Of a DNA stretch of 64,000 bases, positions 41,276 to 56,340 are shown piece by piece. The translations under genes were made by a program, and so were the position numbers. The stretch lies in assembly GCA_009914755.4 (NCBI GenBank), contig CP086569.2, forward strand, positions 3,392,001-3,456,000, given 5' to 3'. Below the pieces are notes generated by a model, which was not told the origin of the DNA, did not search any database, and saw only the letters and a list, made by a program, of their open reading frames with translations. The stretch is from the human T2T-CHM13v2.0 reference genome, Homo sapiens. Position 1 is the first letter of the stretch. Each line of letters starts with the position of its first letter.

Positions 41276-44200
41276 GCTTTTACTTTATTAAATGATATTT
41301 TTCATTGAATTAATCATTGACTGAATTTTTTTTTATTTATTTGTTCATGTGTATATACGGCACGGTCTCCCTTACTCTCTCTCTCTATTTCATTAACAGC
41401 TAAGTCCTCAGCATGTAAACTAAGGCATGAAAATCATTAGCAGTTCGAAAGATATTTATTGACTAATTTATGTGAACCTGCCTTTTATTTTGTATTTACC
41501 CATACAAGGGCCGTATTAGGTATCCAGAAATATATTTGGCAATATAATCCAACTAATTTTGCATGTGATAATAGTCACAAATTAGTCACTTGAGTCTCAC
41601 ATGTTACTCTTGTGACTAGGAAGCAATTTTGTCACTATTTTTTAGGATTTAGAAATTGTTTTATCACTGAAATTTTTTGGTGTTATCCCTTGCATAAGGA
41701 TTCTTTTCAAAGTATTATTGTAAGATTAGTTAGCTGCTCCAGCAGTTAAAAGGAAAAGAAGAAAACACAATAGAAAAGGAAAATTAAAACTCATCTTTCA
41801 AAGATGAAAAAGCTAAGGTTTCTAAACAGTATCTTAATTCTAGTCTTAGGTCAAATAATAAAATAAAGTACTACACTAAATTATAATACCGATCATTTTA
41901 TTGACTACAATGTTGAACAGATCACAATATGAACTTCCAGTGCCTCTTGTATAAGATCATTCATTTTCACTTATTTACTGGGCTCTGTGACCTTCATAAA
42001 GTATTAAATGTTACTAAATGCAATCAGTGAAATGACTTGTGGTTCTTTCCATGCAGTTATAAAAACAGGAACCAGAATTATCAGTGATTAGTTCCATGTC
42101 TATCTGTATCATTTTATTCATTATGTACTTTTTTCTTCTGTCATTATTATCAACTATTTCTTTTTACTACATGAAAATACTAAACTCAAGCTTATTACAT
42201 TTAAACTGCAATTTTTTTCTGAGATTGTTTTCATTAGTAATTATAATTGATCTTTAAAATACAAATTAATTTTTCTGAAAATAATAGGGGTAGAAATTTG
42301 AAAATCACTAAGAAAAAATGATAGTAGTTGAGAAGTAGTATTTCAATGACTGTGTAACTTTGGAAACAAAATACAACCTTATCAGTTAGGAGCTATATTT
42401 GCAATGGCACAACTCATGAGGTGTGATGAACTGTTAATTAGATTCAAGTTGCATAAATATCCACACAACTGAGTGCAAAACTCCATGATGATATGTAGCA
42501 TTGGTTTTATAATTGTGAGACGACTGGAGACAGGAATGGTCTGAGATAAGTAAGCTAATATGCCTTGAGATTGCCTCTGTATCGATTTTCACTCATCTCT
42601 AACAGCCGTTTTTCTAGTTTACATCTAAACAGGAATGTTTGTAATCTACATGTTTAAGCTAAAGACTTGCCTTAAAAATCTTCCTGTCTGTACTGACAGA
42701 CAGTACACACAGATCTAACAGAACTGTCAATTTAATGTTAATGCTTTGTTTGACAGGTGGCTAGAATCCTTAAATTTTACTTCATGCTGAATAAGTGAAA
42801 GAGAGTAACGCATGAAAATCAGGCATGTGTCTTCTATTATTAAGTTATAAAAATGAAACACTCTATTTCCCAAAAAGTAAAAATATTTACAAAATAGTAC
42901 ATATTTTTTAAAGATTTTTTGCCATCACAATAAAATCTGTTATGACCATTTGCCTCTCTCTGTTCTGCTGTTCTATTTAATTTCAAAGTTACATATGACA
43001 TATTTTCTTCAATTTCATATTACTCCTGCCTATAATATCATCAATTTCATGTACTTGTTTACCTTCTTTAGTCTACGTTCAGCTTTGGATCAGCTAAACA
43101 AGATTCCAGTAAATGTCTTTCTGTGCTAACACAACACTACAGACTGTGGATACAAACAGGACTAAAAAAAATTTGCTGCCCTTCAGAGATTCACATTCTT
43201 TAAGGAACACCAGGCAAGCAACAATTAAGGAACGCCAGGCAAGCAACAAATAAATAAAGTGCACTGTGATTCATATAATTTACTAATTTTCAAGATACAG
43301 AAATGAGAGAAAGGTAATTAATTGTGATGGGAAAGGGGAGCCACAGGAAGGTTTTACATAGGATTTGGAACCTTATTTGAATTTTGAAGACAGAATGGGT
43401 ATTTTCTTAGCAGAGGAAAAATGAAGGGAATTTCAATCCTAGAGATTTCCAAGTGAAAAGGCAATGAAGGTAAGAATAACAGGAGTGCTTAAGGCAAAAC
43501 AATGACCTTGCATTCTCTTAAATGGAAAATGTGAATACAAGAGCAGCAGGAGAAAATATTGAAGAATTCATCAGACTTTGAAAGCTTTTTCCTGACATCC
43601 TTAGGCACTTGAAATATTTAAGAATGGTGTTATTATTTTCCCTACGAATTGCTTCTTTATCATTGTCTTGCTCTTGAGTTTAGGTATTTTATATACATAC
43701 ATATACATAAAAGGAATCTATTTCCTTTTATTATCCTTCTACAGGTTATTAATTAAAAAACTGCAGTTAAACACAGTTTCTGCCTTTTGTCAAACTATTG
43801 GTAATGTCATATTCATTCACCAAATTTCAAATTTTTTAAACACAAAATTTCTTTTTATTTATTAATAATGCTAAAAAATTAACTGCAGGAAATAAGAATA
43901 AAAGTGGCTCTAAATAAAACTTTCTACTACCTTCTTCTCCACTGTAACTGTCATCCTAAGGAACAAACAGAAGAAAGCCTTTTCCAATTCTAAGACTAGG
44001 CACTGAATCCTTGATGTGATAGTTTAATCAACATACCACTATATTACATTTCCATTCCTCCCTTTTATATTACATGTAAAGTATCTCACTAAAAAAGTAA
44101 AGTCCTGAAAGGACACAGAAAATTTCTGGATGTTTTCAATGTGTGTTGTTGATTCCTAATTATGGTGATTAGAAATATTGCCAAACTTTTTAGGTATTGA

Positions 44201-44496
44201 CCTCCAATTTTCCACTCTCAATTCTCCACATTAAAAGAGCCTATTGTAGATAATTAGGTAATTGGCAATTAGGCACACAGTTATTGTACTCAGGTGATTA
44301 TCTAAAAGAGAATTAGGCATGCAATGGATATATTTTGGCACAAATATTGAGTTTGTATAAGCAAATGTCTTTACAGAATGCATGGATTGTTGTTAATCAC
44401 AAATCTTAAGATCAAATTGAATTTGCATCTGCTGGTGAATTAATAGATTTAGTCATGGGCCAATGTGTGCTAATATCATAGAAAGAAAGGCAACTA

Positions 44497-44964
<468 letters not shown>

Positions 44965-45166
44965 TTATATGACAATAAAATCTATGGGGTAATTTTTTTC
45001 CCTCCCCTCCCCTGCCTACCCCAAATCAAAATTTTTAAATCTGATCAAGCCTCTGGGTCCAACTACCCATTTACAGGAACTAAAGGACAGAGGAACATAA
45101 TAAACACCACCACAGAGATGTAATCAGACCATGGGAATCTATACCACAAACATAATATATATTCTT

Positions 45167-45383
45167 TTATTTTTTTTTTTTTTGAGATGGGGTCTTGCTC
45201 TGTCAACCAGGCTGTAATGCAATGGCAGAATCTTGGCTCCCTGCAAACTTGAACTCCTGTACTCAAGCAATCTTCCCACTTCAGCTTCCTGAGTAGCTGG
45301 GACTACAGGTGTGCACCACCACACCCAGCTAATTTTTTAATTTTTTGTAGAAACAGTGTCTCACTATGTTGCCCAGGCTGGTG
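45167..45383 (-). mobile_element. truncated Alu (minus orientation, right monomer and part of left)
   Basis: Poly-T then gagatggggtcttgctctgtcaaccaggctgtaatgcaatggcagaatcttggctccctgcaaac...agaaacagtgtctcactatgttgcccaggctggtg. Confidence 0.9.
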
Positions 45384-45518
45384 ATCTATATTTTTTACAA
45401 AGTGTCATGAAAAAATATTGATGGAGAACCTGTGGATTAAAAGAGGCTTAAGAGACATATGCATTGCAACTACATTATTTTGATATTTTGACCATTACTC
45501 AAAATACATTCACTGAAG

Positions 45519-45562
45519 TGTGTGTGTGTGCATGCGTGTGTGTGTGTGTGTGTCTGTATGTG
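45519..45562. repeat. (TG)n microsatellite
   Basis: gtgtgtgtgtgtgcatgcgtgtgtgtgtgtgtgtgtctgtatgtg. Confidence 0.9.
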
Positions 45563-45584
45563 GTGAGGAAGAGAGAGAGAAATT

Positions 45585-45892
45585 GGCTGGGCGTGGTGGC
45601 TCACGCCTGTAATCCCAGCACTTTGGGAGGCTGAGGCAGGCAGATCATGAGGTCAGGAGATCGAGACCATCCTGGCTAACACGGTGAAACCCCGTCTCTA
45701 CTAAAAATACAAAAAAATTAGCCAAGCATGGTGGTGGGTGCCTGTAGTCCCAGCTACTTGGGAGGCTGAGGCAGGAGAATGGCGTGAACTCAGGAGGCAG
45801 AGCTTGCAGTAAGCCAAGATCGCGCCACTGCACTCCAGCCAGGGTGACAGAGTGAGACTCCATCTGAAAAAAAAAAAAAAAAAAAAAAAAAA
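45585..45892 (+). mobile_element. young AluY-like SINE with 27-nt poly-A and perfect 11-bp TSD
   Basis: ggctgggcgtggtggctcacgcctgtaatcccagcactttgggaggctgaggcaggcagatcatgaggtcaggagatcgagaccatcctggctaacacggtgaaaccccgtctctactaaaaatacaaaaaaattagcc...ctccatctg followed by (a)27. TSD agagagaaatt on both sides. Confidence 0.95.
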
Positions 45893-46356
45893 GAGAGAAA
45901 TTTTGGGGACAGTGGAAATTTGAACACTGACTAGATAATTAATGAAAAGGAAATATTGTTAGTTTTTAGGTGTGATAATGGCATTGTGTTATGATTTTTT
46001 AAAGATTCCTTCCTTTTTTTAACTTTTTGTCTTGAAATAATTATAGATGCATAGGAAGTTGCTAAAACAGTAAAGTTTCCATGTATCCTTAAGTTTCGCT
46101 GAATGTTAGCATTATAAATAACTGTAGTAAATTATTAAATCCAGGAAATTGAAATTGGTACAATCACCAGCCTTATTCAGATGCCATCAGTTTTATATGC
46201 ATTTGTGTGTATGGGTGTGTATTTAGTTCATGTAATTTTAGCATATGTGTAGATTTGTATGACTACAACCACAATCCAGATAAAGAAGTGTTTCAACACC
46301 TCAAGGATCCTTGCTACTGCTCTTTTATTGTATTTGTAGTTATTTAATTATTTATT

Positions 46357-46506
46357 TAGAGTCAGGATCTCACGCTGTCTCTCAGGCTGGAGTGCAGTGG
46401 TGCTATTACGGCTCACTGCAGCCTCAACCTCTGGGCCCAAGAAATCCTTCCATCTCAATCTCCAAAAGTGCTGGGATTATAGGTGTGAGACACCATACTC
46501 AGCCCA
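46357..46506 (-). mobile_element. Alu with internal deletion (about 150 bp remaining), minus orientation
   Basis: tagagtcaggatctcacgctgtctctcaggctggagtgcagtggtgctattacggctcactgcagcctcaacctctgggcccaag then jumps to ...tctccaaaagtgctgggattataggtgtgagacaccatactcagcc. Confidence 0.8.
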
Positions 46507-46889
46507 CCCTTTTATAATAACAGCCACCTCCCTTCTTCCCCTCTTTTTAATATTAGGCAATGAAAAACCTACCTTTATGATTTTGTAATTTAAAGTATCT
46601 ACATATATATTAATTAATACCTTATGTAAGCCTTTTGGATTAAGGTATTCCCTCAGCATAATTCCCTAAAGATTCATTCAAGTTGTATATACAAACAGTT
46701 CATTTCTTTGTATTGCTGGGTAGTATTTCATGGTATGGATGCACCACAACTTATTTAATTATTTACCCATTGAATGAAATATGGATTCTTTTGCAGCTTT
46801 TGATTTTTATGAATAAAGATGCTTTAAATATTCCCATGTAGGTTTTTGTGTAAATATAAATTTTAATTTATTTGTGAAAAATTGCCAAG

Positions 46890-47234
46890 AGTGTAGTTGT
46901 TGGGTCATATGGAAGTTCCACATTTAGCTTTAAAGGTTACTGTAAAAATGTTTTCAAACAAACTGTGAGTAACATTATACATTCCTACCAGCAATGTATA
47001 AATGATCCAGTTTCTCTGCACCCTCACACACATTTGAGATGGTCATTGTATTTTATTTTCGGCATCCTAATAGGAGCATAGTGATAGCTCAATGTGGTTT
47101 TAATTTCCATTTCCCCGATGGCTAATGGTTTTGAACATGTTTACACATAATCAATGTGACATATGTATATTCTCTTGGGTGAAATGTATTTATGTCTTTT
47201 GCTCATTTGCTGATTGTTTTGTTTTTATTATTAA
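46890..47234 (-). mobile_element. old L1M element, 3' part (minus orientation), host of the nested L1PA insertion
   Basis: Antisense of the L1M ORF2 C-terminus (ORF 47079-46990 region: ...CTLTHI*DGHCILFSAS**EHSDSSMWF*FPFPRWLMVLNMFTHNQCDICIFSWVKCIYVFCSFADCFVFIIN). Continues after the insertion at 53500. Confidence 0.8.
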
Positions 47235-47449
47235 CTTTTTTTTTGTTATACTTTAAGTTCTGGGATACATGTGCAGAATGTGCAGGTTTGTTACATAGAT
47301 ATACACATGCCATGGTGGTTTGCTGCACCCATCAACTCATCATCTACATTAGATATTTCTCCTAATGCTATCCCTCCCCTAGTCCCCCACCCCTAGACAG
47401 GCCCTGGTGTGTGATGTTCCCCTCCCTGTGTCCATGTGTTCTCAATGCT

Positions 47450-50240
47450 CAACTCCCAATTATGAGTGAGAACATTCAGTGTTTGGTTTTCTGTTCCTAT
47501 GTTAGTTTGCTGAGACTGATGGTTTCCAGCTCCATCCACGTCCCTGCAAAGGACATAAACTCATCCTTTGTTATGGCTGCATAGTATTCCATGTCGTATA
47601 TGTGCCACATTTTCTTTATCCAGTATATCACTGATGGGCATTTGGGTTGGTTCTAAGTCTTTGCTATTGTGAACAGTGCTGCAATAAACATGTATGTGCA
47701 TGTGTCTTTAGAGTAGAATGATTTATGATCCTTTGGGTATATACCCAGTAATGGGATGGCTGGGTCAAATGGTATTTCTGGTTCTAGATCCTTGAGGAAT
47801 CGCCACACTGTCTTCCACAATGGTTGAACTAATTTAGACTCCCAACAACAGTATAAAAGATTTCCTATTTGTCCACATCCTCTCCAGCATCTGTTGTTTC
47901 CTGACTTTATAATGATTACCATTCTAACTGGCATGAGATGGTATCTCATTGTGGTTTTGATTTGCATTTCTCTAATGACCAGTAATGATGAGCTTTTTTT
48001 CATATGTTTGTTGGCTGCATAAATGTCTTCTTTTGAGAAGTATCTGTTCATATCCTTGGCCCACTTTTTGATGGGGTTGTTTGTTTTTCTCTTGTAAATT
48101 TGTTTAAGTTCTTTGTAGATTCTAGATATTAGCCCTTTGTCAGATGAATAGATTGCAAATATTTTCTCCCATTCTGTAGGTTGCCTGTTCATTCTGATGA
48201 TAGTTTCTTTTGCTGTACAGAAGCTCTTTAGTTTAATTATATCCCATTTGTCAATTTTGGCTTTTGTTGCCATTGCTTTTGGTGTTTTAGTGGTAAAGTC
48301 TATGCCCATGCCTATGCCTGTATGGTATAGCATAGGTGTTCTTCTAGGGTTTTTATGGTTTTTGGTCTGACATTTAAGTCTTTATTCCACCTTGAGTTAA
48401 TTTTTGTATAAGGTGTAAGCAAGGAGTCCAGTTTCAGTTTTCTGCATATGGCTAGCCAGTTTTCCCAACACCATTTATTAAATAGGGAATCCTTTCTCCA
48501 TTGCTTGTTTTTGTCTGGTTTGTCAAAGATCAGATTGTTGTATATGTGTGGGGTTATTTCTGAGGCCTCTGTTCTATTCCATTGGTCTATATATCTGTTT
48601 TGGTACCAGTAGCATGCTGTTTTGGTTACCATAGCTTTGTAGTATAGTTTGAAGTCAGGTAGCATGATGCCTCCAACTTTGTTCATTTTGCTTAGGATTG
48701 TCTTGGCTATACAGGCTCTTTTCTGGTTCCATATGAAATTTAAAGTAGTTTTTTTCTAATTCTGTGAAGAAAGTCAATGGTAGCTTGATGAGGATAGCAT
48801 TGAATCTATAAATTACCTTGGGCACTATGGGCATTTTCACAATATTTATTCTCCCTATGCATGAGCATGGAATGTTTTTCCATTTGTTTGTGTCCTCTCT
48901 CATTTCATTGAGCAGTGGTTTTTAGTTCTCCTTCAAGAGGTCCTTCACATCCCTTGTAAATTGTATTCCTAGGTATTTTATTTTCTTTGTAGCAATTGTG
49001 AGTGGAAGTTCATTCACGATTTGGCTCTCTGTTTGTCTATGAGTGGTATATAGGAATGTTTGTGATTTTTGCACATTGATTTTGTATCCTGAGACGTTGC
49101 TGAAGTTGCTTATCAGCTTAAGGAGAATTTGGGCTGAGACAATGGGGTTTTCTAAATACACAATCATGTCATCTGCAAACAGAGACAATTTGACTTCCTC
49201 TCTTCCCATGTGAATACCCTTTATTTCTTTCTCTTGCCTGATTGCTCTGGCCAGAACTTCCAATAATCTGTTGAATAGGAGTGGTGAGAGAGGGCATCCT
49301 TGTCTTGTGCCAGTTTTCAAAGGGAATGCTTTTAGCTTTTGCCCATTCAGTATGATATTGGCTTTGGTTTCATCATAAATAGCTCTTATTATTTTGAGAT
49401 ACATTCCATCAATACCTAGTTTATTGAGAGTTTTTAGCATGAAGGAGTGTTGAATTTTATCCAAGGCCTTTTCTGCATCTATTGAGATAATCGTGTGATT
49501 TTTGTCATTGCTTCTGTTTATGTGATGGATTATGTTTGTTGATTGGCATATGTTGAAACAGCCTTGCATCCCAGGGATGAAGCCAACTTGGTTGTGGTGG
49601 ATAAGCTTTTTGATGTGCTGCTGGATTCAGTCTGCCAGTATTTTATTGAGGATTTTCACATGGATATTCATTAGGGATATTGGCCTGAAATTTTTTTGTG
49701 TGTGTCTCTGCCAGGTTTTGGTATCAGGATGATGCTGGCCTCATAAAATTAGTTAGGGAGGATTCCCTCTTTTTCTATTGTTTTGAATAGTTGCAGAAGG
49801 AATGGTACCAGCTCCCTTTTGTAGCTTTGGTAGAATTCGGCTGTGAATCCATCCAGTCCTGGGCTTTTCTTGGCTGGTAGACTATTAATTACTGCCTCAT
49901 TTTCAGAACTTGTTATTGATCTATTGAGGGATTCAACTTCTTCCTGGCTTAGTCTTGGGAGGGTGTATGTGTCCAGGAATTTAGCCATTTCTTCGAGATT
50001 TTCTAATTTATTTGCAAGGAGGTTTTTATAGTATTCTCTGATGGTAGTTTGTATTCCTGTGGGATCAGTGGTGATATCCCCTTTATCATATTTTAATCAT
50101 CATTTTTGTCTATTTGATTCTTCTCTCTTTTCTTATTAATCTGGTTAGCAGTCTATCTATTTTGTTAATCTTTTCAAAAAACCACCTCCTGGATTCATTG
50201 ATTTTTTCGAAGGGTTTTTCATACCTCTATCTCCTTCAGC
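47450..50240 (-). pseudogene. L1 ORF2p C-terminal about 930 aa (broken by a few stops and frameshifts)
   Basis: 226-aa and 215-aa minus ORFs translate to canonical L1 ORF2 sequence (...[41 protein letters not shown]...; ...[40 protein letters not shown]...). Confidence 0.9.
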
Positions 50241-51162
50241 ATACCCCAGTGGCACCTGGAATGCCAGCAATACAGAACCATTCGCTACCCTGGAAAGGGG
50301 GCTGAAGCCAAGGACCCCAGTGGTCTAGCTCAGCGGATCCCACTCCCATGGAGCCCAGCAAGCTAAGATCCACTGGCTTGAAATTCTTGCTGCCAGCACA
50401 GCAGTCTGAAGTCGACCTGGGACACTTGAGCTTGGTGGGTGGAGGGGCATTCATCATTACTGAGGCTTGAGTAGTCAGTTTTCCCTTCACAGTGTAAACC
50501 AAGCTGCCAGGAAGTTTGAATTGGGCAGAGCCCACCACAGCTCGCAAAGCCTCTGTAGCCAGACTGCCTCTCTAGATTCCTCCTCTCTGGGCAGGGCATC
50601 TCTGAAAGAAAGGCAGGATCCCAGTCAGGGGCTTATAGATAAAACTTCCATCTCCATGAGAGAGAGCACCTGGGGGAGGCACGGCTGTGGGTGCAGCTTC
50701 AGCAGACTTAAATCTTCCTGCCTGCTGGCTCTTTAGAGAGCAGCAGGTCTCCCAGCACCGTGCTCGATCTCTGCTAAGGGATAGACTGCCTCCTCAAGTG
50801 GGTCCCTGACCCCCATGCCTCCTAACTGGGAGACACCTCCCAGCAGGGTTCTACAGACATCTCATACAGGAGAGCTCCAGCTAGCATCTAGTGGGTACCT
50901 CTCTGGGATGAAGCTTCCAGGGGAAGGAACAGGAAGCAATCTTTGCTGTTCTGCAGCCTCCCCTGGTGATACCCAGGAAAATAGCGTCTGGAGTGGACCT
51001 CCAAAAAACTGCAGCAGACCTGCAGCAGAGAGGCCTGACTGTTAGAAGGAAAACTAACAAACAGAAAGGAATAGCATCAACATCAACAAAAGAGACGTCC
51101 ACACAGAAACCCCATCCGAAGGTCACCAACATCAAAGACCAAAGGTAGATATATCCAGGAAG

Positions 51163-52180
51163 ATGAGGAAAAACCAGTGCAAAGAGGCTGAAAATTCTCC
51201 AGACCAGAACACCTCTTCTCTTCCAAAGGATCACAGCTCCTTGTTAGCAAGGGAACAAAACTGGATGGAGAATGAGTTTGATGAATTGACAGAAGTAGGC
51301 TTCAGAAGGTGGGTAATAACAAACTCCTCTGAGCTAAAGAGCATGTTCTAACCCAATGCAAGGAAGCTAAGAACCTTGAGAAAAGTTAGAGGAATTGCTA
51401 ACTAGAATAACCAGTTTAGAGAAGAACATAAATGACCTGATGGAGCTGAAAAAAACAGCATGAGAACTTTGTGAAGCATACACAAATATCAATAGCTGAA
51501 TCAATCAAGCAGAAGAAAGGATATCACAGATAGAAGATCAACTTAATGAAATAAAGCATGAAGACAAGATTAGAGAAAAAAGAATGAAAGGGAACAAACA
51601 AAGCCTCCAAGAAATATGGGACTATGTAAAAAGACCAAACCTACATTTGATTGGTGTACCAGAAAGTGATGGGGAGAATGGAACCAAGTTGAAAACACTC
51701 TTCAGGATATTATCCAGGAGAACTTCCCCAACCTAGCAAGACAAGCCAACATTCAAATTCAGGAAATACAGAGAACACCACAAAGATACTCCTCGAGAAG
51801 AACAACCCCAAGACACATAAGAGTCAGATTCACCAAGGTTGAAATGAAGGAAAAAAATGTTAGGGGCAGCCAGAGGGAAAGGCCAGGTTACCCACAAAGG
51901 GAAGCCCATCAGATTAACAGTGGAGCTCTCTACAGAAACCCTACTAGCCAGAAGAGAGTGGGGGCCAATATACAACATTCTTAAAGAAAAGAATTTTCAA
52001 CCCAGAATTTCATGTCCAGCCAAAGTAAGTTTCATAAGTGATAGAGAAATAAAATCCTTTATAGACAAGCAAATGCTGAGAGATTTTTGTCACCACTAGG
52101 CCTACTTTACAGGAGCTCCTGAAGGAAGCACTAAATATGGAAAGGAAAAACCAATACCAGCCACTGCAAAAACATACCAA
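51163..52180 (+). pseudogene. L1 ORF1p remnant (with stops) in the inverted 5' segment
   Basis: MRKNQCKEAENSPDQNTSSLPKDHSSLLAREQNWMENEFDELTEVGFRR... matches L1 ORF1 MGKKQNRKTGNSKTQSASPPPKERSSSPATEQSWMENDFDELREEGFRR. C-terminal half at 51857-52099. Confidence 0.85.
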
Positions 52181-52250
52181 ATTGTAAAGGCCATTGACAC
52201 TGTGAAGAAACTGCATCAACTAACGGACAAAATAACCAGCTAGCATCATA

Positions 52251-53475
<1,225 letters not shown>

Positions 53476-53499
53476 CTAAAATTGCCACCCTAACATTAC

Positions 53500-56340
53500 T
53501 ATTATTAAGTTTTGAGAGTTCTCCATATATTTTAGATACAAGTTCCTTGTCAGATATATGTTGTACAAATATTTTCTTCCAGTCTATCAGCTTTTTTAAT
53601 TCTGTTGTTCAATTGTCAGGATCTTTTTCAGAAGTTCAATTTATTTCATTTTTCTTTGTGCTTTATTAATTTGTTTTAATAGAATTCAGAACACACTACC
53701 CCAAAATATGGCACCTTTGGCATTTGAGAAAACAGCAGAAGCAAGAAGACCACTCTTACCTTCTCTTAACCCTTTCCTCTGAATTAGGTCATAAAACCTA
53801 GGAAAGTAACTCTGACCTTCTGCCACCCATCTTCCCTGAAGCAGATCATAAGAACCTCATTAGAAAACTGTCCTCCCTGTATGTGGAGGAAAGGAACATC
53901 TTTATCTCTAAAGATCCTGAGAAGAATAACAAAGAAGCCTTGTTAAATACCCCCACCCAAGTTTGTTACTAGTAGATCACATCCTTTTTCACTCCAATCG
54001 TATTTTTCTAGAACTGTCCACTCTTCATGAAACCTAAGCAGAAAAATACAAAAATTTACCTGTTTCACTGAATCATCATTATGTTTTCTCTGATTAACCT
54101 GTCTTTTGCTATAGAGGCCTCAGCCATGAACCAATCAATAAGCAAAATAAAGATATCTTTCCTTCCCTATCGGTGTTATGGCTAAGAACTCTGAGTAACC
54201 ATGAGTTTCAAAGCTTTCTACTTGTGATTTTTTGAAAAAAATTATAGCTTTACATTTAGGTTTATGATTCATTTTGAGATAATCTTTGTACAGTATGTGA
54301 GGCTCAAGTCAATGATCGTTTATTTTCTTTGCATATGAATGTCTTTCAACATTATTGTTGAAAAGACCATCTTTGCTCCACTGAAAAACTTTTTATGCCT
54401 TTCTCAGATATCAGTTGACACAGTTGGTGAGTCTGTTATTAGATTCACTATTTTATTGCCTTTATCTAAGTGTCTATGACTCCACTGATATCACATTGTC
54501 TGGATTATTGTCACTATGTTTGTATCTTAATAATAGGTAGAGTGATTGCTTCCACTTTCTTCTACATTTAAAAATAATTATTCCATTTATTTTGTTGCTT
54601 GATTTTTTCACTTAAATTTTAAAATCAGCTTGTCTATAATTGTCTATTTATATACAAAACATCTTGCCTGACTTTTATTCACAATTGTGTTAAATCTATT
54701 GATTTATTTGTGGAGAATTAACACCTTTACTATGTTAAGTCATCCAATCTATGAACGTGGTATGTCTTTCCATTTGTTTAGCATTTCCTTTATTTATTGT
54801 ATTAGCATTTTTCAATGTTCATTATGCAGATACTGTAGACATTTTATTAGATTTATACCTAAGGATTTAATTTCAGGGGAATAATTACAACTGTCACATT
54901 TTTAACTCCACTTTCCATGTTTTCAATTGATAGTATTTAAAAATATGACTGATTTTGTCTTGTGTCCTTCAATATTTTTGGACACACTTATTAATGTTAG
55001 TAGGACATATGTTTAAAGAACTCTTTAGAATATTCTAAATAAATAGCCACATAATCTTTAAATAGGAATACTTTTATTTCTTCCTATATAATCTTCATGA
55101 TTTTTCTTTTCTTTTCTTGCCTTATTGTTCAGGCTAAACCTTCAGTACTGTTTCATATGAGTGGCAATAGCAGACATCCTTGCTTGCTTTTAGTGTAAGA
55201 AAAGATAGTTTTTCACCATTAAATATGCTGCTAACTGCAGGTTTTTTTTAGCCTGTTGATATCATTTATTATACTGATTGATTACTGAATTTTAAACCGA
55301 CCTTGCAATTCTCAATCTCCACTTTATTGTGATGTATATTTTCTTTTTCTATAACGCTGGATCCTACATGCTCATCTTATGTTGAAGATTTTTTTTGTCA
55401 AAGTTTATGAGAGATATAGGTATGTAGGTTTGTCTCTTTAAAAATATGTCTGATTTTTCTATCAGGGCATACTGGCCTCATAAAATGAGTTAGAAATGTT
55501 TCCTTATTTTTTAATGTCCTGGAACAGATCAGGCAGAATTCATGTTAGTTCTTATTTAAATTTTAGTAGAATTTTCCAGTAAATTCTTCTAGGACTCAGA
55601 ATATATGCATGTTAGATCATTTGCTACTGTCATATAGATCCCCGAGGCTCTATTTTCCCCCCAGTCTAGTTCCTCTCTGTTATTTAGATAAGGTAAATTA
55701 TATTGATTATGTCAATTATATTGTCTGAAAATTCACTGATTTTTTTTTTTGGGACAGAATATTTTTTTTTCTCAGCCTGTTGAGTAAGACTCTGTCTTAC
55801 TTTGTTGCCCAAGCTGGAGTGCAGTGGTACAATCACCACTTACAGTAGCCTCGACTTCCCAGGTTCAAGTAATTCTATCTCAGCCTTTTAGGTAGCTGGG
55901 ACTATAGGTGCATGTCACAATGCCTGGCTAATTTTTTGCATTGTTTGTGGAGATAGGGTTTTGCCATCTTGCCCAGGCTGGTCTCAAACCCTGGGCTCAA
56001 ATAATCCACCTGCCTTGGCCTCCCAAAGTATTGGGATTACAGGTGTGAGACAACATACCCCGTCCAAATTTATTGATTCTATCTTCTGTTATCTCCACTC
56101 TACTATTGAGCCAATCCAGTAAGTTGTTGCTTTTGATATTATTGCATTTTTTTCTTCTATATTTTCCACTTGATTATTTTTATAATTATAACTTCATTTC
56201 TTTTTTGAATTGTTAAAATATTTTCATTTGCTTTAAGTGAATTTGATATTGCTTGTTGAAGCATGTTTTGATGGTTGCATTAAAATCCTTTTCAGATAAT
56301 TTCACCATCTGAGTCATAACAAGCTTGATATGTGTTTTAG
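53500..56340 (-). mobile_element. old L1M element, continuation (ORF2 region, minus orientation), carrying an AluJ and an unclassified 550-bp insert
   Basis: Antisense of L1M ORF2 (...ttttgagagttctccatatattttagatacaagttccttgtcagatatatgttgtacaaatattttcttccagtctatcagc..., 54240-55740 and 56065-56340 likewise). Host sequence is colinear with 46890-47234 across the L1PA insertion. Confidence 0.75.
55741..56063 (-). mobile_element. old Alu (AluJ-like, minus orientation)
   Basis: Poly-T then ...gagtaagactctgtcttactttgttgcccaagctggagtgcagtggtacaatcaccacttacagtagcctcgacttcccaggttcaagtaattc...ggtgtgagacaacataccccgtcc. Many CpG>TpG changes. Confidence 0.9.

Noticed and set aside
47653-49569. Long minus-strand ORFs (226 aa, 124 aa, 82 aa, 215 aa) that could be taken for genes
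   Set aside because: All translate to canonical LINE-1 ORF2 (RT/C-terminal domain) sequence; they are pieces of one decayed L1PA ORF2 split by stops and frameshifts.
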